A stretch of 24,587 nt of DNA, from NCBI GenBank assembly GCA_040382515.1, contig JBEIFH010000020.1, forward strand, positions 1 through 24,587, read 5' to 3'. The notes beneath the pieces are model-generated. The model saw only the letters and a program-made list of their open reading frames with translations. It made no database searches and was not told where the DNA came from. Source of the DNA: Chlamydiia bacterium (GTDB lineage: Bacteria > Chlamydiota > Chlamydiia > Chlamydiales > RGXB01). This document shows positions 1 through 7,344 of this stretch, one piece after another. Both the position numbers and the translations under genes were made by a program. How positions within the stretch are numbered: position 1 is the first letter of the stretch; the number at the start of each line of letters is the position of its first letter.

Positions 1-175
1 CGTCCATTTTGCTCAATGGAGGCAGGTGGTGAGACGCAACAGGGTATAGGGGGATAAAAACATCAACAGTGTGCCCCTGGCGAACAAGTTCTTTTGAAAG
101 ACCGAGAACAACATCGGCAAGGCCGCCGACCTTTGCAAACGGGGCGCATTCTGGAGTGATGTGGGTGATATGCAT
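1..175 (-). CDS. glgA: Glycogen synthase, N-terminal part (runs off the left edge)
   Basis: Manual translation from ATG at 175: MHITHITPECAPFAKVGGLADVVLGLSKELVRQGHTVDVFIPLY. Contains the GT5 ADP-glucose-binding KxGGL motif. Not in the ORF track because it is truncated. Confidence 0.93.
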   Translation of the reverse strand, partial: MHITHITPECAPFAKVGGLADVVLGLSKELVRQGHTVDVFIPLYPVASHHLPPLSKMD

Positions 176-258
176 AGTTCTTTCAATAATCTAAAACAAA
201 ATTATTGTCTAAACATATGCATACTAAAAACAGAGACGGGGGAAAATAAAAAATTTAC

Positions 259-495
259 TTACACAAAAGCGATGTTAAGTTCTGCGCTTTGTTGGCGATC
301 TTTAGCGGTGATTCCAATTTTTTCGGAAGGGTAGTCGGGCACGGCTTCTTTAAGGATATTATAAGTAGTTCGTCCAGTTTCTTTCCACTCCTGGATCAAG
401 TCGCGTACGAGTTCCCCAAAAGATACTTTTCCAACGCAGAATTCACCCTCTTTTGCCATTGCCTTCTTATCAGCATCGCAACAACTTAGGCACAT
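259..495 (-). CDS. Small hypothetical protein (78 aa), Cys-rich N-terminus
   Basis: ATG preceded by AAGGAG (complement of 503-508) at 7-nt spacing. Fills an otherwise empty gap upstream of glgA. No recognised family. Confidence 0.6.
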   Translation of the reverse strand: MCLSCCDADKKAMAKEGEFCVGKVSFGELVRDLIQEWKETGRTTYNILKEAVPDYPSEKIGITAKDRQQSAELNIAFV

Positions 496-700
496 ACCAT
501 CACTCCTTAAGATTGAATAGGTTACACGCCAAATTTTTTCACAATAGGGGATTTATAGCTATAAAAATTTGACAACCATTTTAAGCCGACTTGACAGAGC
601 TTTTTTAAAAAAAACAAAAATTATTTACCGATATAAAGGGGGGATGCTCTCTGTCGTTTTTGTGGCAAATCGCCCCTAAGATGCTGAAAACAAAAAAGCT

Positions 701-729
701 TTGCCAAAAACGGGTGGAAAAAGTATAGT
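701..729 (+). promoter_or_regulatory. Sigma70/sigma66-type promoter for tRNA-Gln and the rplY operon
   Basis: TTGCCA (701-706), 17-nt spacer, TATAGT (724-729), ending 17 nt before the tRNA, with an A-rich upstream region. Confidence 0.75.
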
Positions 730-746
730 ATGTGACATCAACTTGA

Positions 747-818
747 TGGACTGTCGCCAAGTGGTAAGGCACCGGGTTTTGGCTCCGGCACGCGCAGGTT
801 CGAATCCTGCCAGTCCAA
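747..818 (+). tRNA. tRNA-Gln (anticodon TTG)
   Basis: Acceptor stem TGGACTG/CAGTCCA, D-loop AAGTGGTAA, anticodon stem CCGGG/TCCGG with loop TT-TTG-GC, T-arm GCAGG-TTCGAAT-CCTGC. U1-A72 pair is typical of bacterial tRNA-Gln. CCA is not encoded. Confidence 0.96.
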
Positions 819-973
819 ATACTATAAACAAAAAGATAGACCTCTCGCGTTAAATGCGGGTTGACCGTGGCCTTAGACTAAAGCTTCTATCAACAAATGT
901 TTTTCTAGAAACTCATTCTAGTTCTTCGCTAGTTGTCTCTCTTTTTACAGCAAATCAAACCATCAGGAGAACT

Positions 974-1525
974 ATGAAGCTCAATGCGTCCACTTGTTCG
1001 CGCAACTCTAAGCGAGATATCAAGCTGATGAAGCTAGACGGATATATCCCTGCGATCATCTATAGAAAAGGTGCTGCTTCTGAAAAGATTCGAATTCTTA
1101 AGAAAGAATTCGAAGCTCACTTAAGACACATCGAAAAAGGGCATTTAGCAACGACCGTATTTACCGTCCATGCGCATGGTAAAGACGAGAAAATGGTTGT
1201 TAAAGGAATTGAATACGCAAAGACTACTTATGAAGTTTTGCACATTGATTTTCAACCGCTCACAACCGGTTTGATCAAAGTGCGCGTGCCAGTTGTATTG
1301 CAAGGCGAAAAAGACTGTGAAGCTGTAAAGGCGGGATTCAGTCTGAAGCAAGCAAAGCGTTTCGTGCGTGTAGAAGCGCCGGTAAACGCCATTCCGGCCA
1401 ACTTCATGATTGATGTGCGGAACTTGCAGCCAAGAGAAAAAATCCGTATTTCTAGCTTAAATGTGAGCCAAGACGTACGTGTGCTTGCGGCTGAAAACGA
1501 GCTGGTTGTAACGGCAAGCAAGTAA
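974..1525 (+). CDS. rplY: 50S ribosomal protein L25 / general stress protein Ctc (long form)
   Basis: Motifs GYIPAIIY, VLHIDF and VRVPVVLQGE. Start placed at ATG 974 after SD AGGAG (965-969) rather than at 854. Confidence 0.93.
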   Translation: MKLNASTCSRNSKRDIKLMKLDGYIPAIIYRKGAASEKIRILKKEFEAHLRHIEKGHLATTVFTVHAHGKDEKMVVKGIEYAKTTYEVLHIDFQPLTTGLIKVRVPVVLQGEKDCEAVKAGFSLKQAKRFVRVEAPVNAIPANFMIDVRNLQPREKIRISSLNVSQDVRVLAAENELVVTASK

Positions 1526-1530
1526 TTATT

Positions 1531-2058
1531 GTGAAGCTCGTTGTTGGTTTGGGGAATATCGGGGCAGGCTACGCTGCAACTCGGCATAACGCAGGATTTA
1601 TGGTTCTAAACAGTTATGCAGCAAAAAAAGGGCTGGGTTTTACCTACTCCAAGTATTGCAAGGGTGAAGTAGCGGCCGGCCAGGATTTTATTCTCTTGAA
1701 GCCTGCGACTTATATGAATCTTTCGGGCCAAGCTGTTAAAGCTGCCAAAGATTTTTTTCACGTTGCCCTGCAGGACATTTTGGTTTTGACGGATGATGTG
1801 GAAAGCCCCTTAGGCGTGTTTCGTCTCAAAAAAGAGGGGGGCGCCAAAGGTCACAACGGGCTTAGAAGTGTTGAAGCCTCGTTAGGAACCAAAGCGTACG
1901 CAAGGTTGTGGATCGGGATCTCCAGAGATAACAGAATCCCTCTTGACCAGTATGTTTTAGAACCGTTCCTAGCAGGGGAATTAGAAAAGCTAAATAAAGA
2001 AGAAGACAAGATTCATCATGCAATTGATGAGTGGATTTTAGGAGTCACGAATGTCTAA
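1531..2058 (+). CDS. pth: Peptidyl-tRNA hydrolase
   Basis: KLVVGLGN, TRHNAGF, LLKPATYMNLSG and GHNGLRS motifs. Confidence 0.97.
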   Translation: MKLVVGLGNIGAGYAATRHNAGFMVLNSYAAKKGLGFTYSKYCKGEVAAGQDFILLKPATYMNLSGQAVKAAKDFFHVALQDILVLTDDVESPLGVFRLKKEGGAKGHNGLRSVEASLGTKAYARLWIGISRDNRIPLDQYVLEPFLAGELEKLNKEEDKIHHAIDEWILGVTNV

Positions 2059-2395
2059 ACAACAAAGAGTCCGCCTTTATGAGGGTATGTACATTTTAAA
2101 AAGTACCCTAGGGGAAGAGGCACACCAAAAAGCTCTTGAGCGTATCTTCGGTATTATCACGGCTCAAGGCGGCGAAGTAAAAAAACTTTTCGATATGGGA
2201 CGTAGACGTCTTGCATACGAGATCAAGGAGAACAGAGAAGGTCATTATATTTTGATTTTCTTCGAAGCGCCTTCAAACGGTCTGATCGAGATCAACCGTG
2301 AAAATGGGTTTCATGAGGATCTTTTGAGATCCATGATCATCACTGCAGAGATTGTCCCTGAGGAAATTTCATTCAAACAATTGGTTCAAGTATAG
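2051..2395 (+). CDS. rpsF: 30S ribosomal protein S6
   Basis: LYEGMYIL and MGRRRLAYEI..EGHY motifs. SD AGGAG upstream. Confidence 0.96.
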   Translation: MSKQQRVRLYEGMYILKSTLGEEAHQKALERIFGIITAQGGEVKKLFDMGRRRLAYEIKENREGHYILIFFEAPSNGLIEINRENGFHEDLLRSMIITAEIVPEEISFKQLVQV

Positions 2396-2404
2396 GGTGT
2401 TGCT

Positions 2405-2641
2405 ATGAGAAAATCTTCTACAGGAAAAAATTCGGCGAAGAAAAAGTGTTTGTTCACCCAGTCAGGGATTAAGGCAATCGATTATAAAGATGTGGAGACA
2501 TTGAGCCAGTTTGTTACAGAGCGCGGCAAGATCCTTCCCCGTCGTATCAGCGGAACATCTACCCATTATCAACGTTTATTAACAGCTGCAATCAAGCGTG
2601 CCCGTTTTGTTGCATTACTGCCGTTTGTTGCTAAAGATTAA
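2405..2641 (+). CDS. rpsR: 30S ribosomal protein S18
   Basis: [24 protein letters not shown] and [13 protein letters not shown] motifs. Confidence 0.97.
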   Translation: MRKSSTGKNSAKKKCLFTQSGIKAIDYKDVETLSQFVTERGKILPRRISGTSTHYQRLLTAAIKRARFVALLPFVAKD

Positions 2642-2658
2642 TCGAGGAGAAAAGAATT

Positions 2659-3195
2659 ATGAAACAGAATCGCGTCCTCTTGATTAAAGATGTAAGAAAT
2701 TTGGGACGTAGCGGTGATATCGTTACGGTAAAGCCCGGTTTTAGCCGTAACCTTTTGATCCCTTACGGCCATGCGATCCGTGCAACGGCACACACGGAGA
2801 AACTGCAAACTAGATTGCGTGAAGAGCGGTTGGTAAAAGCGGCTGAAGACAGAAAAGTTTCAGACCGCATCAAGTCACAACTTGAGCAACTCACCTTCGT
2901 TGTTGATGTGCGTGTAGACGAAACCGGCCATCTTTATGGGTCAGTAAATGTTCAAGACATTTTGAATTTGCTGCACCAAGAAGGCTTCCAGGAGATCGAA
3001 AAGAGCCAAATCAAGCTGGCTCAGCCGATCAAGCAATTGGGGAACCACGTAGTTAAAATCCGCCTTAAAGAAGAGGTGGAGGCAGAAATGCACATTCGCG
3101 TTAAAAACGATGAATTTGAGGCAAGCTTGCACAAAAAGCAGGTAGAAGCCGAGCATGCCGCTGTGGAGCCCTCCTCTACAGACTACAGCGAGTAA
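2659..3195 (+). CDS. rplI: 50S ribosomal protein L9
   Basis: LGRSGDIVTVKPGFSRNLLIP, LYGSV and PIKQLG motifs. SD GAGGAG. Short acidic C-terminal extension. Confidence 0.96.
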   Translation: MKQNRVLLIKDVRNLGRSGDIVTVKPGFSRNLLIPYGHAIRATAHTEKLQTRLREERLVKAAEDRKVSDRIKSQLEQLTFVVDVRVDETGHLYGSVNVQDILNLLHQEGFQEIEKSQIKLAQPIKQLGNHVVKIRLKEEVEAEMHIRVKNDEFEASLHKKQVEAEHAAVEPSSTDYSE

Positions 3196-3211
3196 CCACA
3201 TAGGTACTCAT

Positions 3212-3997
3212 GTGTCTTTAACCCTCCTCTCTCCTGCTAAAATCAACCTTGATTTTAAAATCTTAGGCAGAAGGGAGGATGGGTACCATCTTATCCGTTC
3301 CGAAATGGTGGCTCTCGATCTTTTTGATCGGATGGAGATATCCCTATCGGATAAAAATCATTTGAACTCTCCCCAAGACCTTCCGTTTCAGTTTTCAAAT
3401 TCTATTTTCCAAAAAGTCTGGGAGGAATTCAATCAAAGATTTCCCGGAATTCCTAATTTTCAAATTTTTATAGATAAGAAAATTCCTATCGGCGCAGGTT
3501 TAGGGGGGGGGTCCTCAAACGCGGCCTCCTTCATCTACGCTATTAATAAAATGTTGGGTTTAGACCTGACTTTTTTGCAGATGGGTGCGATAGGGGCCAA
3601 AGTCGGTTCCGATGTCCCCTTTTTCTTTACAAACGGGCGGGCTCTGGCCGAGGGTACCGGAACCGATTTGACCCACTACGATCCGGTTCCAGGAATTTCC
3701 TACACCCTTCTTTTCGATAAAATTCAAATTTTAACACCTGTAGTCTACAAATCTGTTGATTTACACAAGCTGGATAACAATGCAAAAAATCAGCTCGAAA
3801 AATTTGCTATCAGAGCTTATCCTTCCTATGAGATCACATGGAAGTCTTGGAAGTCTGTGTTTGCTGATGTACAAATGAGTGGTTCGGGGTCTACAGCTTT
3901 TGTCAAAGGTATTCATGACCCAGCCTCTTTCGGTTTTGATGGGTGTGTTTGCCGCACGATTGCCCGTATGGGTGATCGGTGGTACGAGACGCATTAG
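3212..3997 (+). CDS. ispE: 4-diphosphocytidyl-2-C-methyl-D-erythritol kinase (MEP pathway)
   Basis: SPAKINL, GAGLGGGSSNAA (GHMP ATP loop), GSDVPFF and MSGSGS motifs. GTG at 3212 preferred over the ATG at 3155, which overlaps rplI. Confidence 0.93.
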   Translation: MSLTLLSPAKINLDFKILGRREDGYHLIRSEMVALDLFDRMEISLSDKNHLNSPQDLPFQFSNSIFQKVWEEFNQRFPGIPNFQIFIDKKIPIGAGLGGGSSNAASFIYAINKMLGLDLTFLQMGAIGAKVGSDVPFFFTNGRALAEGTGTDLTHYDPVPGISYTLLFDKIQILTPVVYKSVDLHKLDNNAKNQLEKFAIRAYPSYEITWKSWKSVFADVQMSGSGSTAFVKGIHDPASFGFDGCVCRTIARMGDRWYETH

Positions 3998-4116
3998 GCA
4001 CTCTCCATCCTTTTTTTAAGAAAACCGCAAAAGATCTCTTTTGTAAAGACGTTTACATGGGGATCGAACAGAACTTGCTTGCTATACTCATACGTACTAT
4101 CAAAGAAGAGAGGACG

Positions 4117-4170
4117 ATGAGTTTACATCACGAGGATTTAATTGTTATCACTAGCGGAGCAGGATTCTAG
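4117..4170 (+). other. 17-aa micro-ORF (MSLHHEDLIVITSGAGF*), truncated duplicate of the hldD N-terminus, copy 1
   Basis: Intact SD GAGAGG and ATG at 4117. The in-frame TAG at 4168 is supplied by the start of the next repeat unit. Confidence 0.6.
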
Positions 4171-4289
4171 GCACTCTCCATCCTTTTTTTAAGAAAACCG
4201 CAAAACATCGCTCTTGAAAAGACGTTTACATTAGGATCGAACAGAACTTGCTTGCTATACGGATAGGTACTATCAAAGAAGAGAGGACG

Positions 4290-4343
4290 ATGAGTTTACA
4301 TCACGAAGATTTAATAGTTATCACTGGCGGAGCAGGATTCTAG
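4290..4343 (+). other. 17-aa micro-ORF (MSLHHEDLIVITGGAGF*), truncated duplicate of the hldD N-terminus, copy 2
   Basis: Intact SD GAGAGG, ATG at 4290, in-frame TAG at 4341. Confidence 0.6.
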
Positions 4344-4404
4344 GCACTCTCCATCCTTTTTTTAAGAAAACCGCAAAAGATCGCTCTTGAAAAGACGTTT
4401 ACAT

Positions 4405-4434
4405 TTGAATCGAACAGAACTTGCTTGCTATACT
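4405..4434 (+). promoter_or_regulatory. Putative promoter of hldD-hldE (in repeat copy 3)
   Basis: TTGAAT (4405-4410), 18-nt spacer ending TGC (extended -10 TGn), TATACT (4429-4434). Confidence 0.65.
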
Positions 4435-4462
4435 CATACGTACTATCAAAGAAGAGAGGACG

Positions 4463-5431
4463 ATGAGTTTACACCACGAGGATTTAATAGTTATCACTGG
4501 CGGAGCAGGATTCATAGCCAAATATGTTATAGAAGAACTGAATCGACAAAATTTCAATCGCCTGGTCTTGTTTGAAAGATATGATGCCCTTACTAAAGAG
4601 CATTTTGAAAACTTAAGGGGGCTGAAATTCTCATCATTAGAATCCAGCGAGTCGCTCGAGTCCTTTTTAGAAATTCACAAAGATGAAATTCGCTGTGTGA
4701 TCCATCTCGGAGCAAATGCCTCTACAACAGGGACGGATCCGCAAGAGTATCTTTTGAACAATTACGAACTTTCAAAATTCTTAGCCGATTTTTGTGTTGA
4801 GGAAGAGATCCGTTTTATCTATGCTTCCTCTGCGTCTATATATGGCGATGGAACAAAAGGGTTCGAAGATGATTTGGGTAGTTTCAAAACTTACCGCCCC
4901 CTAAACCTCTATGCATGGTCTAAATATCTATTTGATCAATACATATACGAGAATACTCTGCAGGGAAAGGTTCTTGGTTTACGCCTCTTCAATATCTTCG
5001 GTGCAGATCGCTCCAAAGGAGATATGCAATGTATTGTTACAAAGGCATTTGATAAAGTGTTGGCAAAAAAGAAAATGGAAATTTTCGATGTGGAATCCCA
5101 ACGGGATTTCGTTTATGTCAGAGATGTAGCAAAATTTATTGTCGAATCGATCTCTAAACAAAGCTATGGTATTATCAATTTCGGGACGGGGATAGCTACC
5201 CCCTTTAAGGATGTTTGTGCTTTGGTATTCAAAGCGATGGGCCATGAGATGCAGTATGATCTGATAGCGTTGCCGGCTCACCTTGTAGGTAAGTACCAAT
5301 TTTTGACAAAAAGTTCTACAACCCGACTCGATAAGATGCTAGAAACATGTGGCTACAAATTTTCATTTTCAAATCTAGAAGAGGGTATCAAAGAGACAGT
5401 ACTGGAGTTAAAAAACGCCCATGATGCTTGA
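4463..5431 (+). CDS. hldD: ADP-L-glycero-D-manno-heptose 6-epimerase (extended SDR)
   Basis: IVITGGAGFI Rossmann loop, HLGANAST, NNYELSK, FIYASSASIYG, PLNLYAWSK (YxxxK), KGDM, RDFVYVRD and KYQFLT motifs. Start at ATG 4463 after SD GAGAGG. Confidence 0.88.
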   Translation: MSLHHEDLIVITGGAGFIAKYVIEELNRQNFNRLVLFERYDALTKEHFENLRGLKFSSLESSESLESFLEIHKDEIRCVIHLGANASTTGTDPQEYLLNNYELSKFLADFCVEEEIRFIYASSASIYGDGTKGFEDDLGSFKTYRPLNLYAWSKYLFDQYIYENTLQGKVLGLRLFNIFGADRSKGDMQCIVTKAFDKVLAKKKMEIFDVESQRDFVYVRDVAKFIVESISKQSYGIINFGTGIATPFKDVCALVFKAMGHEMQYDLIALPAHLVGKYQFLTKSSTTRLDKMLETCGYKFSFSNLEEGIKETVLELKNAHDA

Positions 5432-6416
5432 AAAGACCTTGATTGAGAACGCTAAAATTCTTGTTTGTGGGGATTTTATTATAGATCACTACGTGCAAGG
5501 CGTTGTGGAAAGAATCTCTCCGGAAGCTCCTGTCCCTGTCTTAAGGAAAATTACTGACACGTTCCGTTTAGGGGGCGCTGCAAATGTCGCGGTGAATTGC
5601 CGCTCTTTAGGCGCTCAGACATTTCTCCTTTCTGTAAGCGGTCCCTCTGTGGAGAACTATTGCTTGGATGAACTTATGGAAAGGGGAGGGCTTTCTACAG
5701 ATAATCTTGTCCTTGACCCTTCAGTTAAACCTACTATAAAGACCAGATTTATGGCTGATGGCCACCATATTTTGCGTGTTGATGATGAAGAGACTGCAGA
5801 ATTTTCTCAAAAGCTAAGAGAACTATTAGTAAAAAAATTTGAGGAACTGATTCACCAGGTGGATGTTGTCGTTTTTTCAGACTATGCAAAAGGGTTTTTT
5901 TACCCCTCCATCTTGGAACAATTTCTAAAAATCGCAAAACAGCACCACAAAAGGGTTCTGGTAGATCCCAAAGGGATCGATTATGCTAAGTATAGAGGTT
6001 GCTTTTGCATTAAACCCAATAAGAAAGAGGCCTATAAAGCGGCAAATTGCGATCAGGGTGTGTCGATAGAATCAGTAGCCGAAATCTTGCTCGACACTGT
6101 CGATGCAGAGTATCTGTTGGTCACCCGGTCTAGTGAGGGGATGACTCTATTTGATTCAAAAGGGTTAAGAAGCCATCAGTCTGCAATTGTGCAGGAGGTG
6201 GTTGATGTTGTCGGTGCTGGAGATACAGCTCTTGCGCTTTTGGCAGTCGGGATTGCCACAGGAATGGCGATGGAGGATGCAGTCAAACTAGCCAATGTAG
6301 GATCTTCGATTGTTGTTTCAAGAAGAGGTTGTTCAAGTGTCACCCTGTCCGATTTAAAAAACCGGTTGTCGGAGTATGCCGAAGAATTCGATACACTCTC
6401 GACTTCCATGAACTGA
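5421..6416 (+). CDS. rfaE1: D-glycero-beta-D-manno-heptose-7-phosphate kinase (RfaE domain I only, PfkB family)
   Basis: GDFIIDHY, VERISPEAPVPV, LGGAANVA, FSDYAKG, VDPKG and DVVGAGD motifs. No C-terminal nucleotidyltransferase domain. Overlaps the hldD stop. Confidence 0.9.
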   Translation: MMLEKTLIENAKILVCGDFIIDHYVQGVVERISPEAPVPVLRKITDTFRLGGAANVAVNCRSLGAQTFLLSVSGPSVENYCLDELMERGGLSTDNLVLDPSVKPTIKTRFMADGHHILRVDDEETAEFSQKLRELLVKKFEELIHQVDVVVFSDYAKGFFYPSILEQFLKIAKQHHKRVLVDPKGIDYAKYRGCFCIKPNKKEAYKAANCDQGVSIESVAEILLDTVDAEYLLVTRSSEGMTLFDSKGLRSHQSAIVQEVVDVVGAGDTALALLAVGIATGMAMEDAVKLANVGSSIVVSRRGCSSVTLSDLKNRLSEYAEEFDTLSTSMN

Positions 6417-6423
6417 ACTGCTT

Positions 6424-7332
6424 TTATGATACAGAGGAAGATTGGAGCGCCGACACCCTTTTTTCTATAGAAGGGTGGGTGCTAAATAATTCCATGAAGG
6501 CGCTTTTCCCGTTGCACATCAAGGCGGCAACCGATTGTGGGACCTCTTCTTGTTCCGTTTGCCTGGAGGATTCTCCAAGGCGCCTAAGGGCACGGATCAT
6601 TTGCTCTTTACTGCTGAGCTCGGCTCCTCCTAGATCTGCTTTGTATTCGCGGTACCTGCTGAATGCGCAAATGATGATAGAGCCAATAGCCATGAAAACG
6701 ATGTCTAATATAAGCCTTGATATAAAATAGACCCCCAAATTTCCCCCTTCCCCGCGGCCTCGTCTGGAATTCATCGCTATCAGTTGTGATATGATGTAGG
6801 ACAAAAAGATCACAAATGTGTTCACTACACCCTGCAAAAGGGTCATCGTAACCATATCCCCATTTTTGATGTGCGCTATTTCGTGGCCTAGGACCGCTTC
6901 AAGTTCTTCCGCATTCATTTTGCATAGAAGTCCTGTAGATACTGCGACCAACGAGTTCGAGGCCGTCGGGCCCGTTGCAAATGCGTTTGGTGCGGGGGAT
7001 TGAAAGATGCCGATTTCCGGCACTGTTTTAAGCCCGGCTTTGTTCGAGAGGCGTTGGACTAGGTTTTTCAAAAGGGTCCCTTCGGAGGAGCAATCGTAGG
7101 GGGTAATCATTTTGATTTTCATGGCCCATTTGGCAATTTTCTTAGAGAGGAGTAATGAGATTATAGCCCCCGTCATTCCGTACACAAGGAAAGCAAGAAA
7201 AAGGCCTAATGGGTGAATCTGGTGCTGGTAAAGATAAGTGTTTAGTCCTGTAAAGGAGAGGATGAAAGAAGCGGTAAAGCAAATAAGAAGATTCATAGCG
7301 ATAAAAAGGAAAACACGGCGAAAAGCTTGCAT
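6424..7332 (-). CDS. htpX: Membrane zinc protease HtpX (M48)
   Basis: PNAFATG, HEIAHIKNGDMVT (HExxH), FSRYREYKAD and FSTHP motifs with several TM segments. SD GGGAG. Confidence 0.95.
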   Translation of the reverse strand: MQAFRRVFLFIAMNLLICFTASFILSFTGLNTYLYQHQIHPLGLFLAFLVYGMTGAIISLLLSKKIAKWAMKIKMITPYDCSSEGTLLKNLVQRLSNKAGLKTVPEIGIFQSPAPNAFATGPTASNSLVAVSTGLLCKMNAEELEAVLGHEIAHIKNGDMVTMTLLQGVVNTFVIFLSYIISQLIAMNSRRGRGEGGNLGVYFISRLILDIVFMAIGSIIICAFSRYREYKADLGGAELSSKEQMIRALRRLGESSRQTEQEEVPQSVAALMCNGKSAFMELFSTHPSIEKRVSALQSSSVS

Positions 7333-7344
7333 AATAACTCCCTA

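Larger units (their letters stand above)
3995..4513 (+). repeat. Tandem direct repeat, 3 x 173 bp (3995-4167, 4168-4340, 4341-4513), covering the ispE stop, the hldD promoter region, SD and first 17 codons
   Basis: Hand alignment shows no indels. Copy 1 and copy 2 differ from copy 3 at 9 and 8 positions (about 95% identity). Each unit starts TAGGCACTCTCCATCC and ends GGAGCAGGATTC. Confidence 0.97.

Noticed and set aside
289..489. Plus-strand 66-aa ORF and the many other antisense or shadow ORFs in the track (e.g. 1252-1587, 6329-6730, 14061-14453, 15325-15753, 21965-22369)
   Set aside because: They overlap better-supported genes and show no SD or recognisable motifs.
854..973. N-terminal extension of L25 in the ORF track
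   Set aside because: No L25-like sequence and no SD; a good SD precedes the ATG at 974.
3503..3511. G9 homopolymer in ispE as a phase-variation tract
   Set aside because: It encodes the conserved GGG of the ATP-binding loop in a normally essential gene, and the frame is intact.
3979..4170. 63-aa ORF, along with the 4387-4575 ORF and the TTG start at 4421 for hldD
   Set aside because: These run through promoter sequence of the repeat. The SD-supported starts are the ATGs at 4117, 4290 and 4463.
3995..4513. CRISPR array or MITE interpretation of the tandem repeat
   Set aside because: Units are 173 bp and contiguous with no unique spacers. There are no cas genes and no terminal inverted repeats, and the content is clearly the hldD 5' region.
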